44,041 bases of DNA from a virus (taxonomy: Duplodnaviria; Caudoviricetes). Positions 42,801-44,041 of the stretch are shown piece by piece (the first letter of the stretch is position 1; each line of letters starts with the position of its first letter). Below the pieces are notes generated by a model, which saw only the letters and a program-made list of their open reading frames with translations, was not told where the DNA came from and did no database searches. Position numbers and translations under genes: made by a program. The stretch is taken from positions 1-44,041 of the IMG/VR virus record IMGVR_UViG_3300020440_000001. One strand, written 5' to 3'.

Positions 42801-44041
42801 CAGCGTGCTGCTCACGAGCGGCAGAAAAGATATGATGGAGAATATACTGAGCAGTAACAGTCTTGCCCTCTTCATACATCTTGGAGCCATAGACAGTCTC
42901 AGCGTTGAAGAAGTTTTCGTTCTCGGAATCAACACCACCAAACAGGCCAGCCATTCTCGAACGGGTTTCCATATCCCCAAAGAAGAATGGTTCATACCCA
43001 AGGTCAACACTTCGGCCACGGCTAAACCGTGGGTCTTGCAAGACCTCATCAATAGTTGATGGTGCATCCAAGATCTCTTGGTCAATACCCAATGCCTTGC
43101 CGCCAAGGCCCATGCCTCGCGTCAGATCCTTAGTGCCCGTGCGTTCGTTGTAAGCCTCAGTCTCACGCCGACGCATCATCATCTGTTCGAGACGTGTCTT
43201 GCCCTCTGGATCAGAATCAGTCGGGGTGAACACTGCGCGTGTTCTCTCCAGCATCTTCTCAAACGCACGGCGGCGACCAGCTTTGTCCGGTGCAAACCGC
43301 CGTGCCTTACGCACACCCTTGCCAAAAATCTGTTCCATTCGCTGCGGTACTGACGCCACGTCAGAAGCCAGACCGCCGAACGGGCTGTCAACTACGCTTT
43401 GAGCAGCAGCGGTTCCGAATGCAACAGCACCACGGCCAAGTGCGCGGCCACCACGAACAGCAGCTTCCGCACCAACTACAGTCCCAGCAGCAGCGGCGTT
43501 AGTTGCAGCTTTGCCAGCCGCGTAACCCATGCGGCGCAGGTCTTGCCCGTACAGTTGCAGACCCTCAACTGTATCTGCAAACTGCTCCTTCATTTCCTCA
43601 ACAGCTGCACCAGTGAGTCGCTTTGTTTTCTGCAAGACCTCTTGGGCCCGGGAAGACTCGGGGTCTTGCGCAATAGATGGGTCTGCGGCACCAGCCAAGA
43701 TCTCTGCGATTTGTCGGTACCGACCAATAGCTTGGAAGTTTTGCTCAAAGGATCGAAGACCCATGTTCTCCATCACCCCAAGAATCCACCGCTCCACGTC
43801 AGCGTATTCCATGCCACTCGTGAATTCTGCAAACATGCGCTGCGCTTCCGCAGGGTTTGCTGCAAGAATATTCTCAATGTAGTAGGCCATGGTTTCTTCA
43901 AGCAGACGGTTGGTTGCCCCGTCGTTTGCAAGTGGCAAGCTCATGTCCCATCGGTAATTGGACAGCGCAAACAACTCTTGCATGAGCTGCATGACATCTG
44001 ACCTCATCACAACCATGTCCTCGTTGACCAAAGACTCAGGA
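36805..44041 (-). CDS. C-terminal part of the giant polyvalent protein (full length ~3,474 aa): zincin metallopeptidase, SAM-methyltransferase-like, ADP-ribosyltransferase-like and LPD38-like regions
   Basis: HEATH (42154-42168) plus YGLTNVTEYVAE; DIGGG...YDPFN...SNVLN; YHGT (40558-40569)...GIHLS...GFDGV.Y; C-terminal helical region typical of injected polyvalent proteins. The ORF has no true start in this segment. Confidence 0.9.
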   Translation of the reverse strand, partial: PESLVNEDMVVMRSDVMQLMQELFALSNYRWDMSLPLANDGATNRLLEETMAYYIENILAANPAEAQRMFAEFTSGMEYADVERWILGVMENMGLRSFEQNFQAIGRYRQIAEILAGAADPSIAQDPESSRAQEVLQKTKRLTGAAVEEMKEQFADTVEGLQLYGQDLRRMGYAAGKAATNAAAAGTVVGAEAAVRGGRALGRGAVAFGTAAAQSVVDSPFGGLASDVASVPQRMEQIFGKGVRKARRFAPDKAGRRRAFEKMLERTRAVFTPTDSDPEGKTRLEQMMMRRRETEAYNERTGTKDLTRGMGLGGKALGIDQEILDAPSTIDEVLQDPRFSRGRSVDLGYEPFFFGDMETRSRMAGLFGGVDSENENFFNAETVYGSKMYEEGKTVTAQYILHHIFSAAREQHADFAAQNHDRLSDDTDFIQIRQETRERAIGAIDDLVDDPLGSYFLQEDLLDGQSSILRKRATEIIDRHISRMQMRGGEPGGSISNLMYADMMVELQGTLGYTVRASELVSGRPLEIIREIDPYIAAKLEDFSYFAPTQLQNQVIYFTPRMLGPAQSKTAGFFQPGLRLESMTGNVNTGTKALENTSKANLQVTYTDSSTAYRKLLPHLKTVLHEATHAYTHNEMREALNGMFARAYLDFGPKLVEMLEDYRGDGGHLRRRGDLQNIRNELEIKREFHQKQIDTRIRMLEVADQSSYQDIEDMVSYLSTIDLANSYILTLAAANHDHIVKVPNIFDLTKDDLGPAEITQRTLITEAQDFYNNNKGFPGSSALEFVTTGQSLSGMGRAGALVYGLTNVTEYVAEMNSDSNTIAFFKRLHKAYGFDKGPKPEPLLRVRDSLKKVREMQLNHPLYRPAADGTKILYELTQDSVYASDMLSIMNLTESRNPKTGVRFSRGTARLWNPEGPIKDQDIGSAGTSIAHIANMPQLMNAKYEGKVVFKSGGTNADIGGGKHDHITKEMKKRYKVNNIVYDPFNRSLEHNRKAAALLRGGQTDTSTVSNVLNTIQYKDDREPVIAQAADAIKRDGVAYFTMYNSGKKGETMRGESYQVAEDATFYMPEIEKYFEEVELVGGKNGVVIARKPKRQAIQELVKEIKDGKRYSRGMEIDPANHYFAGNEVDPSRIISNLRRTKRFRAAMGESKVKDILYHGTRRTFDDPLMFNPNFSQIGIHLSDNPKIAEGFSGDVRTFSNPRVYALYADIRNPVTLPDLMTWHLDSLMDSLETEIKKNHTARHKQILSVHGSYEAYFESLAEQYSGVDYMALRRVDFMDPEFMQFILKDLGFDGVRYLNRYEPGVDYSAYTNRLNETLDRMKGDKKSREYMEAYADFYRVEEDYSKIKDLMKRQLPEKKGTLGSKIAGRYIISDANIRKALKDFARKYPEVIVNPDSYSYIAIDSKQLYSAVGDGRMTNDVNIAYSRGLSEVAALTSKELKTVAKKVKRLSVKNLTYQRGVPASVLRKSVEKDGRIGAEIDRATKLNQQVWRGIAKKFRKGSEREQAMGDVNRLLQMPVHEIDTAPTSMNITPDMREIVKSMRQHIDNLSRRIANENDMVSEEMVGVIEDNIGFYMTRRYEAFSDPDWSKKVEPEVRSRMRAALHNAYKDFFEQAAKEPQFLPDGKRNPRHIGVEQRGAVINQLMDDILYRASSSDSPMAFAAAMGDGAANSIFMRRKLVERDKQKELAALDEEQIKLDDLFAAKKIRRKTYERKTGRLMRERDKLNQFDYEGNNELVQAYRAFLGEGTDPMVNYANSVTKMIRSLETFRFNQSLVQNGLKEGFLFYGTEPNRPEGLVPFDNLDVSDPVSPFRGLYATPEMKESIELITKAANNDSAMNPLIRLALRFNSAVKFGKTVLSVETQVRNVVGNLSFMAANGYLTDIFNSGKSIKEAYFTVTAGNGIFGVNRAESQRRYQDLLELGVVNTSDFREVEAMWQRGGDGTMEQFMEGLGEAGRLTKKTLDGFASTYKAEDDFFKVLAYDIELARLRAAYGGTKSEDAMAVEAAEIVSNTLPNYDRVPEAVKALRNIPFFGTFPSFTSELIRTSIGRINIARAELASDNPMKRKIGQQRVAGMGMMMVLPTILAAAMRSISGVDEEEERAVRGMLPFWNKDSVLLFYRQEGGDLSFVNYGYVDPFVYFRQPFLALLARDDEAVQDRLISAVENIFRPFIGKEIGYSAIYDIVRGQDELGRPLYDPGSTKASQISQAIQHLMGATMPGTVKTVERLILAADGHVDDYGKRYDMGSQIMQLLSGFKFETINPNQAFMFKVSEFNRLDRELRARMNRVAQRQGEVSREDLQAAVQYYNGNRRALQKQLFGHVRRMRAFGITDGELRQILQANYVSENLSADLVDGIFRPYDIKEGALDKQLETLRFTDRDVPLGQMGEAAVRVQIMRAATRALQREKLEK
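43965..44041. repeat. 77-bp terminal direct repeat (copy 2)
   Basis: Identical to 1-77. Confidence 0.97.

Noticed and set aside
1-44041. Stop-codon reassignment, diversity-generating retroelement or retron
   Set aside because: Genes are intact under the standard code with tight coupling. I saw no reverse transcriptase motif or template/variable repeat pair.

Overview
The window is a complete, circularly assembled tailed-phage genome of 43,964 bp; bases 1-77 repeat at 43965-44041, an assembler-type overlap. It has four transcription blocks. (i) A long minus-strand late/structural operon from ~24269 down through position 1 and on to 36805: small basic proteins, a dockerin-bearing protein, TerS candidate, endonuclease VII, TerL, portal, scaffold, major capsid, a membrane-protein cluster, neck/tail genes, and a ~3,474-aa polyvalent protein that crosses the assembly origin. 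(ii) A plus-strand early operon (24727-30870): a sigma70-type promoter, ~560 nt of densely base-paired and apparently non-coding sequence, repeated two-hairpin leader motifs, a MoxR-like AAA+/VWA-like pair, an i-type lysozyme and a serine recombinase. (iii) A minus-strand replication block (35138-30782): SF2 helicase, sigma region-2 protein, HTH, primase, nucleases. (iv) A plus-strand recombination block (35263-36757): RecE/ExoVIII-like nuclease and SSB-like protein. I recognised no DNA polymerase, tRNA or CRISPR array. A GC-type dockerin and a planctomycete-style HTH suggest a Planctomycetota (probably Phycisphaerae) host. The best candidates for new biology are the large structured RNA at the head of the early operon with its covarying downstream hairpin motifs, the giant protein whose enzymatic modules are each delimited by an [R/A][F/Y]SRG motif, and an apparently circularly permuted AAA+ ATPase. 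All family assignments are motif recognition by eye and need HMM or structure confirmation.
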